Source: Candidatus Latescibacterota bacterium (GTDB lineage: Bacteria; Latescibacterota; UBA2968). From it: a stretch of DNA of 64,000 nucleotides. Position numbers and translations under genes: made by a program. The notes beneath the pieces are model-generated. The model did not search any database, was not told where the DNA came from, and was given only the letters and a program-made list of their open reading frames with translations. The stretch lies in contig OZ242311.1 of the NCBI GenBank assembly GCA_965207885.1, positions 5,888,001 to 5,952,000 of the forward strand, written 5' to 3'. Positions 44,904 to 55,013 of this stretch are shown one piece after another; positions within the stretch are counted from its first letter, which is position 1, and each line of letters starts with the position of its first letter.

Positions 44904-47900
44904 TTATACTGTAGCCCCGGCGAGCATCATCTGTCCTTTTTCCGTGTACTGCGCTTTATCTTCTGGCGCCACGGTGCGCCAGATCAGGAATTGTTTGCGC
45001 AGCGCGTTCATAAAGTTCTGGTTGACTCGCCGCCATGACGAGGCATCGCCCGAGAGCCGATCTATGGTCAATGCCATGGCAAAAATATTGTGCTCACCTG
45101 TGGGTAAAGCTTCAAAATGCACCTGCTGGCTTACGCCGAGATCATAAGGTGCCAGCCAGATTGTTGTGTCAATTGTATGTCCCTGTCCGGTTTCGGTTTC
45201 AATCGCGCCAAACCGCGCGCCATCGGTGTAAAATGTGCCCAGGCTCTCTCCTGCATGTGCCTGGAAATAATCGACGAGAAATACGGAAAGGCCAAATACG
45301 TCTTTGCCGCCTACGGTAAACGGAAATTCAAAATGCCAGCGGTCACCTTCAGGCTCGGGGAATTTCCAGCGGCGCGTTACGTCGGGGACAGCCATCATGG
45401 ATGCCTGACGCGCGGGATAGAGCGACGATAGCAAAACCACGAGCATGACCAGCATGGAGGAGGTCACGGTCGAGAGCGCCGAATAGTTCACGGTAAGCCC
45501 TTGCAGGGCATCTTGCCACAGTAAAATTTTGACGACGCTTTGTCCCAAAAGATATCCGGCAACGGTTCCCAAAACAGCGTAAACACATGCTTCGGCGATA
45601 AATAAGAAGGCGATGTGTACAGGCGCTAATCCCACGGAGGAATAGATGCCGATTTCGCGGAAGCGCTCGTACACCGATCCCATCATGGTATTGAGTACGA
45701 TCAGTGCGGCGACCAGAATGGGGATGAACAGATTGGCCATGCCTTGCATAGACGTATCGCCCAGGGAACTGTAAACCGCGACGCGTATGCCGCCATCTGC
45801 TGTTGGGATGCCGGCGAATAATACGACTGATAACCGCGACAAAAATGATTTGATCTCGGCTTCTACATCCACTTCTTCTTGAAATCGCACGGCTACGGAC
45901 TGCAGTGGGCTGCCCACATCGCGCAACAGAGCATAGGATACGATCAGCGTATCATCGGGGTCCAGATGCTCAAATGGCACGGTATCGACTTCGGGGCGCT
46001 CCAGGCCCTGCCGTTCGCGGGTCTCGGTCTGCGACATGGCGGTGATAAATTCATCTTCGGTGACTTGAAAATCTGCCGGCGTTATCTGTTCTTCATCCAG
46101 ATCGACAAATCGACGCATTTTTTCAGAGTTGATCAATCCAATTACTGTGAGTTGCTTGCCAAAGAGGCGAATGTGCGCTTTGCCGACGTCTTGTTCTGTG
46201 ATATCCAGGAGTTCCGCTATTCGGTCGGGCAAAATACAGGCTGACTCGCCCGGTTGAAACCAGCGTCCGATCCGCAGCAGGGTATCGACCTGCGTCACCT
46301 GGGCTTCTTCTGGCGCCAGTCCCAGGATCCCCTGGACGCGAGAATTTTTCTCTCCATAACGCACCACGGCTTTTGATTTTTTGTCTTCTCTTGTCGCAAT
46401 ATACCAGCTTCGAGGTGTTACGGTGCCTCTGTCTTTGAAATTTATCCGCGCATAATCATAAGCTGTGTCTTCCAGTGGTCCCCAGAATTTGCTTCTGATC
46501 AGTATGCCGGGATATGGGCCTTCCACATCGCGGTGAAGCTGGTGAAATTCCAGTGCCGATTTGATAGAGGTAAAGGACAGCACAGTAAAGGTGAGGAGTA
46601 CCAGGGTTGCAAATGTTAGCCATGTGCGCATTTTGCGCTTTTTCATGTTGGCAATGCCCAGTTGAAATGCCGCTACGGATGCGCTGATTCGCCCCACGTC
46701 GGTTTCGTGCAATAATACCTCGGCGCTGCGGAGTCGCCGGATGTTTTCGTTGAACCGGCCCGATAGAATCGAGATGACAAAGATCGCCAGGGCCAGGATG
46801 ACAAAAGCGAGTAAGATTACAAATGGATTGGAGAGGTCAAATGCGGGGTGTACCTGTGAGAGGAATATCCAGATGACGACAAAGACCGCGCCGATCCCGC
46901 CGATTTGCATGCGAATATCGGAAAAGGTAAAGAGCAACCGCTCGAGGAAAAACGCACAGGGGATGACCAGGAGCATGAAGAAAATTACGCCGCGGATGAC
47001 GTCGTTTTGCGTTGTCTTTACGTCTGGATATGCCCGCGATTCAATGCCCATCCCCGCGCGCGTGTGTTTTACAAAGGCATCCCATTGTTTTTCTCGCAGT
47101 GCGGTTTCTGCTTCGTCTAAATGTTGTTTGGCCTGCGCGTGCAATACTTCCAGTCGCTGATTTTCAATTGAGTACTGGCGCAGTTTTCGCATGCGCGACT
47201 CGTTCAACATCCACATATCTCGCGCCGCCTGATAGGGCGTGCGGATTAAGGATCCCGATGACAGGGTTTGAAATCCCTCGCCCCGGGCATCCCACTCGTT
47301 ATCCGCGCTTTTTGAGTTGAGTAGCAAATAGCGCACGCCGATTGCGCCTGCGCGCATTGCTATTTTTACTTTTTCTCCGGGGGATGTATAGACCACGCCG
47401 ACGGGTTCGTCTGGTCCGAACCCGATGTCATAACCGTATTCTTGCGGTGCGGTATTGCCCACCCCATAGACGCTGATGTTGGATAAGGTGTTCAAATACC
47501 GGGGATCGACTGTGCCGTAGAAATCGGTTGCCACGCAGGGGAACAGGATGACGGTTTGTTTTGTGATCCACCAGTTCATATTAAAATGGCCGCTATAGAT
47601 TTTTCCCTGCCGTCCCTGGTTGGGCGCGTACGTGATTTCGCCGCTGTGCGGGTCGATATAGTACGCCCGCACGTGTACGCGGCGCTCTGCTACGCCCGGA
47701 ATATAGTATTCGCCGTTTTCATCTGCGAGGTCGTAGTAAATGCGCCGCACGCCTTTGATTGATTTTTCCAGGCCCATGCGCATGGCGGCTATTGCACCTG
47801 GTCGCGATTTATCGGGTGTGATACTGCGCCGAGGAAATGTGCGTACATATCCTTTGAGGCCGCGCATGCGGTCGATGGGATCCAGTTTGTAATCGGGCAA

Positions 47901-49430
47901 AAATTCCCCGTCGTTGAACGATAGATCCAGCATGCCCGCGAGTACGCGAATCTGTTTGGTCAGGTTGGCGTAGTTTATATACTCGGCCCGGTCCAGAGGG
48001 GTATCTACCCTGAATCGCGCGTCGTTCACGGTTGACAATGAGAGTGCGGGGGTGCCCGCATAGAGTACGACTTCGCTGTCGCTTTTGATATTTTCACCGG
48101 GGATGTACATGTCCCAGGTCATGCCGCCTTTGGGGTTGATCCCATCGACCATGACGTCTTTTGACGGCACGCCCATGCCTTCGGCAATGGCGGTTGCATA
48201 GCGTACAAAGGATTTGCTAAATGTGGCAAAAAATCGCGTGGAGAAATAATTGACCGCGGTGTTGACGCCAAACCCGGCGGTCTGGGTGGATACGCCCATT
48301 TCATCTGTCTGGCTGGAGAGGTCCAATCCGATGAACAGGTCGATGTCGATGGGTTCGGTCATGAGCGCGGCAAAGTGCTTTTCTTTGCGCGAGTGCCGGT
48401 TCAGAAAATCGCATATACCCCGGAATCCCAGGTGGTGTGCGGACGATGCGAGGAAGAGGACGGTGTATTTGGGGCGATGTGCTTGAAAATATTCGGCCAG
48501 GCGCATGAGTGCGACGATGCCACACGCCATTTCAGCGCCGGGTGCCTGTGCGGGTACGACAGACATGGCGTCGTAGTAGGCGTTGATGACGACGATTTTT
48601 TTGCTCATTACTGGATCCGATCCTTCGATCCAGCCCAATACGTTGGCTGCGTCGTTTTTCTTCCAGGGCATGCGGGATTCGAGTTGTACTTCTATTTCGC
48701 CCTGGTCTGATAGGAGCGCGCGCAATTTTTCTCCGTTTTCGCGGTCGATCCAGTATCGCTCTACGCTGTTGGGTACTTGCAAAAATTTTGTTTCGGCCTG
48801 TGTATAGGATGTGGTATCTGGCGCGATGAAGATGATTTGTTTTGCGCCGAGAACTGCGGCGTTGAGCCATTTGTTCCAGGTGTTGAAGTTCAGGAGGACG
48901 ACGGTGTTTTCCACTTCTTTGCCGTCATAAGCTTTAAATTCGCCGTCGCCTCCGTCGATCAGGCGCGTTCGCACGCCGCCCGGTGGTAAGGTGGAGGTTT
49001 TTACCAGGTTTGGCCATAGTCCGGATAGCGGAAAGACTTCGCCGGATGAGACGATGGTTAATTGGCTGCCTTCATCTACAGGTGAAGTTACGCCGTAGGT
49101 TTCTGTTTCTACATTTTTTAAGCCGAGTGCTCGGAAGCGTTGTTCGATAAATTGTGCGGCGGCATCGTGGCCCGGATAGCCCGGTACGCGGGATTTATAC
49201 TGGGTAAAGGTCGCCATTAATGCGCGCACTTCTGCTTCTGTGATTTTGCGTTTTACGCGGTCTGCCACGACTTCGGCTCCCGGCACTGGGGCTGGTTCTA
49301 CGGGTTCGGGTGTTTGCAATCCCAGCACATTACGTAGCAACGGGTCAACCGTATCGGGTCCTGAGATGACCGCGCCAAACCCAAATACAGCAATCCCGAT
49401 CAATGCCAACCATCCGATGCGACGATACAT
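44904..49430 (-). CDS. Large membrane protein: degenerate M28-peptidase-like domain plus FtsX/MacB-like ABC permease
   Basis: SRVPGYPG, NVLGWIEG, INAYYDA; TM cluster; SVYERFREIGIYSSVGL FtsX motif. Confidence 0.8.
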   Translation of the reverse strand: MYRRIGWLALIGIAVFGFGAVISGPDTVDPLLRNVLGLQTPEPVEPAPVPGAEVVADRVKRKITEAEVRALMATFTQYKSRVPGYPGHDAAAQFIEQRFRALGLKNVETETYGVTSPVDEGSQLTIVSSGEVFPLSGLWPNLVKTSTLPPGGVRTRLIDGGDGEFKAYDGKEVENTVVLLNFNTWNKWLNAAVLGAKQIIFIAPDTTSYTQAETKFLQVPNSVERYWIDRENGEKLRALLSDQGEIEVQLESRMPWKKNDAANVLGWIEGSDPVMSKKIVVINAYYDAMSVVPAQAPGAEMACGIVALMRLAEYFQAHRPKYTVLFLASSAHHLGFRGICDFLNRHSRKEKHFAALMTEPIDIDLFIGLDLSSQTDEMGVSTQTAGFGVNTAVNYFSTRFFATFSKSFVRYATAIAEGMGVPSKDVMVDGINPKGGMTWDMYIPGENIKSDSEVVLYAGTPALSLSTVNDARFRVDTPLDRAEYINYANLTKQIRVLAGMLDLSFNDGEFLPDYKLDPIDRMRGLKGYVRTFPRRSITPDKSRPGAIAAMRMGLEKSIKGVRRIYYDLADENGEYYIPGVAERRVHVRAYYIDPHSGEITYAPNQGRQGKIYSGHFNMNWWITKQTVILFPCVATDFYGTVDPRYLNTLSNISVYGVGNTAPQEYGYDIGFGPDEPVGVVYTSPGEKVKIAMRAGAIGVRYLLLNSKSADNEWDARGEGFQTLSSGSLIRTPYQAARDMWMLNESRMRKLRQYSIENQRLEVLHAQAKQHLDEAETALREKQWDAFVKHTRAGMGIESRAYPDVKTTQNDVIRGVIFFMLLVIPCAFFLERLLFTFSDIRMQIGGIGAVFVVIWIFLSQVHPAFDLSNPFVILLAFVILALAIFVISILSGRFNENIRRLRSAEVLLHETDVGRISASVAAFQLGIANMKKRKMRTWLTFATLVLLTFTVLSFTSIKSALEFHQLHRDVEGPYPGILIRSKFWGPLEDTAYDYARINFKDRGTVTPRSWYIATREDKKSKAVVRYGEKNSRVQGILGLAPEEAQVTQVDTLLRIGRWFQPGESACILPDRIAELLDITEQDVGKAHIRLFGKQLTVIGLINSEKMRRFVDLDEEQITPADFQVTEDEFITAMSQTETRERQGLERPEVDTVPFEHLDPDDTLIVSYALLRDVGSPLQSVAVRFQEEVDVEAEIKSFLSRLSVVLFAGIPTADGGIRVAVYSSLGDTSMQGMANLFIPILVAALIVLNTMMGSVYERFREIGIYSSVGLAPVHIAFLFIAEACVYAVLGTVAGYLLGQSVVKILLWQDALQGLTVNYSALSTVTSSMLVMLVVLLSSLYPARQASMMAVPDVTRRWKFPEPEGDRWHFEFPFTVGGKDVFGLSVFLVDYFQAHAGESLGTFYTDGARFGAIETETGQGHTIDTTIWLAPYDLGVSQQVHFEALPTGEHNIFAMALTIDRLSGDASSWRRVNQNFMNALRKQFLIWRTVAPEDKAQYTEKGQMMLAGATV

Positions 49431-49639
49431 GGAGGGTCCTTTCAAAGAGATCGTACAATCCAAAAATCAAATGCTATCATACATAAAAAGACAACTTCTT
49501 CCAAATAAAATTAAGGCTACTAACCTTTATAAAAAAGGCAGGCGAGGTCGCGGTTTGATGATCCGTGCGAACAAGTCTGCCTTATTTACCAACGTCTGAG
49601 ATTATTCCTCAGAACCCGGCTACTGGTTTGAGTGCGTCC

Positions 49640-50041
49640 CTATGGCACCATTGTAGATATAGCCGCAGTTTGCGGCTCTGTATTGATATTGTCATCTGAA
49701 AAGCTTACAACGTTAAAGGTTTCTGGATCAAATTCTGACTCTCGGCGAACTAACTCGCTGAATGAGACAAATTGAACGAGTAGTCCCACATCAAATGCAG
49801 CACAAAGTTTGTGCAATATTTGTACTGATGGTGGGCCACTATCAGGGTCCTCCAATTCGGCTATATGGCTCTCGGGAATGCCACTGTACTTTGCAAGATC
49901 CGCTTGTGTCCACCCTCTCGCCCTCCGAAGTGCTCGGATTTGGAAAGGTACTTCAATATCAAACTGTCCCTCGACGTAACCTTCCCGATATTCCTTATCT
50001 TGCAGTTCTTCCCAAAGTTCAGAGCTTGAATTCAAGTTCAT
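49640..50041 (-). CDS. XRE-family HTH protein, probable HigA-type antitoxin
   Basis: QIRALRRARGWTQADLA...IAELE; downstream of a RelE-like gene. Confidence 0.75.
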   Translation of the reverse strand: MNLNSSSELWEELQDKEYREGYVEGQFDIEVPFQIRALRRARGWTQADLAKYSGIPESHIAELEDPDSGPPSVQILHKLCAAFDVGLLVQFVSFSELVRRESEFDPETFNVVSFSDDNINTEPQTAAISTMVP

Positions 50042-50384
50042 GAGCTTCTCCTCTTTGTATTTCGGAGTGACGTGTTACCGCTGTCTTATATGCGTTTGGT
50101 GGTTTATATATGTTGTCTTTATGAGTAAAACCACACAAAAATATTACTCGTCTTAACGATGGAAAGTAACAGAATATTCGGTGTGGTACGCGGTGTTCAC
50201 CGGGCCAACGCGCTTCGTGCAGTGCTTGAAATTTGTCAAAGTAAGGTCTTTGAGGTTGAGTAAGTTGTTTTACAATACGCAAAAACCGTTTAAGGCGCGA
50301 TTTGTTGTTCGGAGATAATCTCTGATACCAATCAGAGACAGGAAGCCGACCGTTTTTACTTTGATATTCTTGGAAATACCACAC
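50019..50384 (-). CDS. RelE/HigB (Gp49-like) toxin candidate
   Basis: NGRLPVSDW...LHEAR...HRIFCYF...FLCGFTHK. Confidence 0.65.
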   Translation of the reverse strand: MWYFQEYQSKNGRLPVSDWYQRLSPNNKSRLKRFLRIVKQLTQPQRPYFDKFQALHEARWPGEHRVPHRIFCYFPSLRRVIFLCGFTHKDNIYKPPNAYKTAVTRHSEIQRGEAHELEFKL

Positions 50385-50519
50385 ATCTATCCCTCTTCAC
50401 AAGCCCACAAGTGTATAAAGTAAAATTAAACGATGACAAGATGACATAAATTAGCCAAGCGCATATCTGAAAGCAAGGGAATAAATCTCGACGGGATATA
50501 GATACAGCAATAGTTTCGT

Positions 50520-52505
50520 TCAATACCATTTGTGAACGGTGTGTCCCTGGGGCATGAACCATATTGCATCTACGATGAGGCCCAGTGCGGTTGACAGAAC
50601 ATAAGCCACGAGCATGCCGATGAAAAACGGCTTTGAGCGGCGGTAAAAGGGTGCTCCGCCAATGCGCAATAATGTGAATTTGATGAGCCAGGCGACAAAG
50701 ATGGTGAAGCTGGTGAGGCGGGCGAGTCCGGTGCCCGATAGGGCGAGACCAATGGGGTGCAGGGGCCACCAGGTGAATTGGTATCGCAGGAATAACAGGG
50801 CGTACATGGCAAATGCGCCGATGAGAAAGAACCAGTAGTCGATCTCTTCCATCGGCTGTGGCGATATGATCGCGTTGACGGAATTTTGATATCCGCCTAT
50901 GCCCGCGCGAATGATGAGCCAGTTTGGCGAGAAATTGTATCCGCCAATGCGATAGCCCAGCCAGATTGTAAAGAGGGTGGATGAGACGATGCCGACCACA
51001 AAAGCCACGCAGAGGCCGCCGAAGAGGGGGCGTTTGTTGCCGGAGATGAAGTCGGACAGGCGGTTGAGGTGCGTGCCCACGGAAAAGGTAAATCCGCGGA
51101 AGTGATCGATGGCGACAGATGCCGGATAGATCATGGCATGAGACGCCGCTGGAATGGCGCGGGCACCGCCCAGAAGCGCGGTTGTCAGTGTCCAGGCTGT
51201 AGATGGTGCCTTGACGTAAATAAGTCCGGAATCGGCCAGGATTTTCGATACGGCACCATAGGACAAAAACATGAATGGCAACAGGATGGCGAGGACTTTC
51301 CACGCCATGCCCGCTGCGGATAACCAGACCAGTGCGTAGGCGACTGAAGCGGCGAGATAGCAGAAGGCTGCGCGATAGGATATGAGTTCTCGGCTGTCGT
51401 CTATGTGCTCGCTTTTTGGATGGAGCGCTTTTTGAAATGCCTCTTTCAGATGCGCCCGTGCTATCCACACCCACCACAGAGATAGGGCGACAAATGCGCC
51501 CGTTGTTTGCCAGAGGTAGCGTTTGGAGGCGTAGTAGCGGTTAAAGGCTGTTATGCCCAGTTGGTCGAGGATGCCGGATTCTACGATGAATATGAGATCA
51601 AAGAGCCACATGCTGAACAATAATTCCAGGCTCGCAAAATACGAAAAGCATATTCCCACGGTGCTTATGAATACCCACTGCGGCGGAAAGTTCCTGCCAA
51701 TGGGCACCCAGGTGCCGGCGGCGGTTGGAAATTTTGGCAGCGCGGGATGAAACCACGCGATGATGTTCCAGACGAATATCACGCCCACCACGCCAAATCC
51801 AGTCCAGAACATTCGTCCCTGCATAAACTCGGGCAAATAGGTCCGTCCCGTGCCCGGCTGTGTGGTCAGTTCGACGATGGGTTCCATGGCGGGATAGACC
51901 AGTTTTTCGTATTCCGCCCATTGTTTGCGCATGATGACCGAGGCACAAAAACAGGCGAGTGCTATGGCACATACAAAGGTGAACCACCAGAAGAGGGGAC
52001 CGAGCCAGGCGGTCCAGGGTACGGGTGCGCCAGCGGGCAAGCCATCGTAGAACCAGTTCATTGCGCCGTCGCGATTGGACGGTATGATCCATTCGGGCAG
52101 GTGCGGGTGTAAAAACTCTGCCCACCGGTTTTCGGGCGAGGAAAAATAGTAGGGAGTTACGATGACGCCGACCAGATATCCGCTTACGCCATAGGTGGGA
52201 CCGAGCGAACAGATAAAGCCCATTGAAAAGATCGCGAGCCATTCGCTCGGGGAAAAGGCAAAGCGTTTGCCAAAGTACCGCGCGAGCACACTGCAGACGA
52301 TCAAACACAGCAGTGTGAGCATCAGATTGCCCATGGGCATGTGGCTGTATGCCATGAAGGAGCTGTGCATGATATATCGCGCGACTGTCGCCAGTGCGTT
52401 GATTGTAACAACCAGCACAAGCCCAAAGATTAGCGATCGGACTGTAACACCTTTGTTCGCAGGATCTGGCGAATCTGCGATTGGATATGTTTGTTGTGCG
52501 GTCAT
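50520..52505 (-). CDS. DUF6785/DUF6784-type polytopic membrane protein (putative transporter)
   Basis: ~16 hydrophobic segments; PENRW, RKQWAEYEKLVYP, WWPLHPIG, YRRSKPFFIG motifs. Confidence 0.75.
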   Translation of the reverse strand: MTAQQTYPIADSPDPANKGVTVRSLIFGLVLVVTINALATVARYIMHSSFMAYSHMPMGNLMLTLLCLIVCSVLARYFGKRFAFSPSEWLAIFSMGFICSLGPTYGVSGYLVGVIVTPYYFSSPENRWAEFLHPHLPEWIIPSNRDGAMNWFYDGLPAGAPVPWTAWLGPLFWWFTFVCAIALACFCASVIMRKQWAEYEKLVYPAMEPIVELTTQPGTGRTYLPEFMQGRMFWTGFGVVGVIFVWNIIAWFHPALPKFPTAAGTWVPIGRNFPPQWVFISTVGICFSYFASLELLFSMWLFDLIFIVESGILDQLGITAFNRYYASKRYLWQTTGAFVALSLWWVWIARAHLKEAFQKALHPKSEHIDDSRELISYRAAFCYLAASVAYALVWLSAAGMAWKVLAILLPFMFLSYGAVSKILADSGLIYVKAPSTAWTLTTALLGGARAIPAASHAMIYPASVAIDHFRGFTFSVGTHLNRLSDFISGNKRPLFGGLCVAFVVGIVSSTLFTIWLGYRIGGYNFSPNWLIIRAGIGGYQNSVNAIISPQPMEEIDYWFFLIGAFAMYALLFLRYQFTWWPLHPIGLALSGTGLARLTSFTIFVAWLIKFTLLRIGGAPFYRRSKPFFIGMLVAYVLSTALGLIVDAIWFMPQGHTVHKWY

Positions 52506-52566
52506 AAAAGGAGGGTGAGAAGTGAGACGTAAGACGTGAGAAGCGATGGTCTTCAGTAACAAAGCC

Positions 52567-52600
52567 GTCATCGCGGTATGGTGTTGAGCCGCGATCCAGA
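52567..52600 (+). repeat. REP-like palindrome A, copy 6 (element B follows at 52625-52652)
   Basis: GTCATCGCGGTATGGTGTTGAGCCGCGATCCAGA. Confidence 0.85.
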
Positions 52601-52663
52601 GGGGTGGTGTAGGGGGGCGTCTTATCCCGTATAAAAGCACTACGGGACAGGCTCTTTTACGTC

Positions 52664-55006
52664 TTACCTCTTACTAATTCGGAATATGCCTTCCCGAGTA
52701 GCGGTCTGGGCGCTGTTGAGGTCTTTTACTGTCATGAGCAAGCGATACCGCCCGGGTTCAACGCGGCCGATGTCCAGTTCGACGTAGTCGGCGATCCAGA
52801 GTTCGCGGCCCGTTTGTTCGTATTGTACGGTGATGAGTTCCCCGTCTCTTCGCCTTATTCTGGGTTGCGAGGCGAGTTCGCGGCCCTTTTCCGGTGCTAC
52901 GGCAAAGGCGACTTCGTAGCGCGTTTGCCCAAAGGTGTCTCGCGTCAGGTTGTAAATTTCAAAATAGACGAAGATGGGCGTGCCCGGGAAAAAGGTGCGG
53001 GACGGCGATGTGGTGATGCGCCATTTGTCGCGCGCAGTCAAGGTGTCGGTCTGGTTCTGGGGTACGGAAGTCGGTTCTTCAATATGCTGTGCGATTTGTA
53101 GATCGCTGAGCATCAAGCTGTCACCGGAAAAGTCGTGCAGGCGGACTTTTTCCCGATAATTGCCCAGGCGGTTGGTGTGAATTCGCCACATTTGTACGGC
53201 GAGGTCGTATTCGCCGGGGGATAGGGGGATGTCGATGCGGTCTCTGGCGATCAGGCTTTTTCCGCGGAGTCCGGGGGGAAGGGGTATGGCGACATCTTCC
53301 CGCAGGCGTTTTGCTTCGCGATTCTGATCATCTACGAGGGCGATGCGACGTTCGACTACGACTGTGGTGTCCGGGTCGGTGGATATCGCCACTTCGTCTA
53401 TTGGGAGGCCGATGTTGATCTGGAGGTCTGTTTTGCCATTTTTCCCGCGGAACGACAGGGCCTCGTAATAGAAATTGAGGGGATCGAGGTCGGATGTGTC
53501 GTAGCGTTCGGGTTTTTTGGCCGCTGCTGCTGCGACTTGCGATGCGGGCGAGAAGTCGTTCATGAGTCGGAGGAATCTGAGTGGGGACCCGCGGGAAGCG
53601 ACGTCATAAGCGTCTTCTCTGTCGATGGTTGGGACGGGTGCGTAGTTGTAGATATTGGTGTGCATTTCGTCGGTGAATACGACTTCTATCCCGTGGTTGA
53701 TGTCGGGATAGATCCACACTTCCCAGGGTACGCTGGAGAAATCGTTTCCGGCTGTGACGGGTTTCCACCCGCGCAAGCCAAGGGTGCCGTCGTCTTCTTC
53801 GAGCGGGAGATTGCTTTCGACATTTCGAAGCGCGATGCGGATGGGGAATACGGGTCCGGTGTAGGTCGCGGTTGTGCCGGGGCGACCGTAGAGTTGAAAT
53901 GCCAGTTTTTCCTGTATGCGTTGCACGGGGATCGGTATGCTGGCGTTTGGTTCACGCCAGGTGGAGCGGTAGTCCGGTTCGCCGTATCGGATATAGATTT
54001 CGCCCCGCTGGTCAAAGGGGTATTTGTAACGCCCGAAGAAGGTTCGCGCATGCCAGACGCGGCGGTAGTGTTCTGCGCGTCTCTGGCTTCCTCCGGTTGT
54101 GCCAAAGGGGTCTTTGCGGATCCAGAAGGCGTTCAGAAAGGCATCTACATCTTCGTCTGAGATCGCGCGATACGATGCGATTTCTTCCGGGGTGGCGATC
54201 AGGGATATATCTTCATAGATTGCTTTTTCCTGTGGCGACAGCATTTCCAGATATTTTTGAAATACGGATAGGGCGTCTTCATAACGCCGCGAGGCCAGTA
54301 GCACTTGCGCCAATAGCGGAAGTCTTCGCGCATCGGCCATGTGCGCGGCGATTTGAGTCACGATGTTGTAGCGTTTTTCGGTCAAGAATTCAAGGGCAAA
54401 TTCAAGTGCGGGCGTTTCGTCTTGTGCGCCGTGAGACAGGTAGGTGTTGTAGTGGGATAGTGCCCGGAAGGTGTCGCCTTTTTTGCGATAAAGACGCGCC
54501 AGCAGCAGGTGGGCGGGACCATAGCGGGGGTTGATTTGCAGTGCTTTGTCGGCCGCTTGCAGGGCGTCTTTTTCTTTCCCGCGCGCCAGATAGATTCTGC
54601 CGAGGACTTCGTGGCTTTCAGCGCGGTTGGAGTCGGCCTGTATCGCCTTTTCGAGGTGGGAGGTCGCGCGTTTGAGTTTGTTGCGATATTCCAGAAGTAC
54701 GCGTCCCATTCCCAGGTGGCTCTCTCCCTGGTGCGGGTCGTTTTTCAGGGCGCGAACAAATGCGGCTTCTGCGCTGTCGGGCAGTTGGAGTCGGAGATAG
54801 AGATGGCCGATACGGGCGAGTAGCAGGGTGGAGTCCGCAGAACTCGGCACGGCATGGTTCAGTGTTTTGAGTGCTTCTCTGATCAGGGTTTTTCGTCCGA
54901 GTGCCTGGGCTTTGAGATATACGGCGTCCAGGTCCGTGTCTTCGGCGGCGGCATGTCCGATAAAGCAGAAAAGTAAAAGAAAATATGTCCAATGGCGAAT
55001 ATTCAT
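52664..55006 (-). CDS. Exported TPR plus GWxTD-domain protein 1
   Basis: Signal peptide; TPRs; FW..KDP...EHYRRV..A...DQRGEIYIRYGEPD; C-terminal beta-sandwich. Confidence 0.8.
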   Translation of the reverse strand: MNIRHWTYFLLLFCFIGHAAAEDTDLDAVYLKAQALGRKTLIREALKTLNHAVPSSADSTLLLARIGHLYLRLQLPDSAEAAFVRALKNDPHQGESHLGMGRVLLEYRNKLKRATSHLEKAIQADSNRAESHEVLGRIYLARGKEKDALQAADKALQINPRYGPAHLLLARLYRKKGDTFRALSHYNTYLSHGAQDETPALEFALEFLTEKRYNIVTQIAAHMADARRLPLLAQVLLASRRYEDALSVFQKYLEMLSPQEKAIYEDISLIATPEEIASYRAISDEDVDAFLNAFWIRKDPFGTTGGSQRRAEHYRRVWHARTFFGRYKYPFDQRGEIYIRYGEPDYRSTWREPNASIPIPVQRIQEKLAFQLYGRPGTTATYTGPVFPIRIALRNVESNLPLEEDDGTLGLRGWKPVTAGNDFSSVPWEVWIYPDINHGIEVVFTDEMHTNIYNYAPVPTIDREDAYDVASRGSPLRFLRLMNDFSPASQVAAAAAKKPERYDTSDLDPLNFYYEALSFRGKNGKTDLQINIGLPIDEVAISTDPDTTVVVERRIALVDDQNREAKRLREDVAIPLPPGLRGKSLIARDRIDIPLSPGEYDLAVQMWRIHTNRLGNYREKVRLHDFSGDSLMLSDLQIAQHIEEPTSVPQNQTDTLTARDKWRITTSPSRTFFPGTPIFVYFEIYNLTRDTFGQTRYEVAFAVAPEKGRELASQPRIRRRDGELITVQYEQTGRELWIADYVELDIGRVEPGRYRLLMTVKDLNSAQTATREGIFRISKR

Positions 55007-55013
55007 AAGTATC

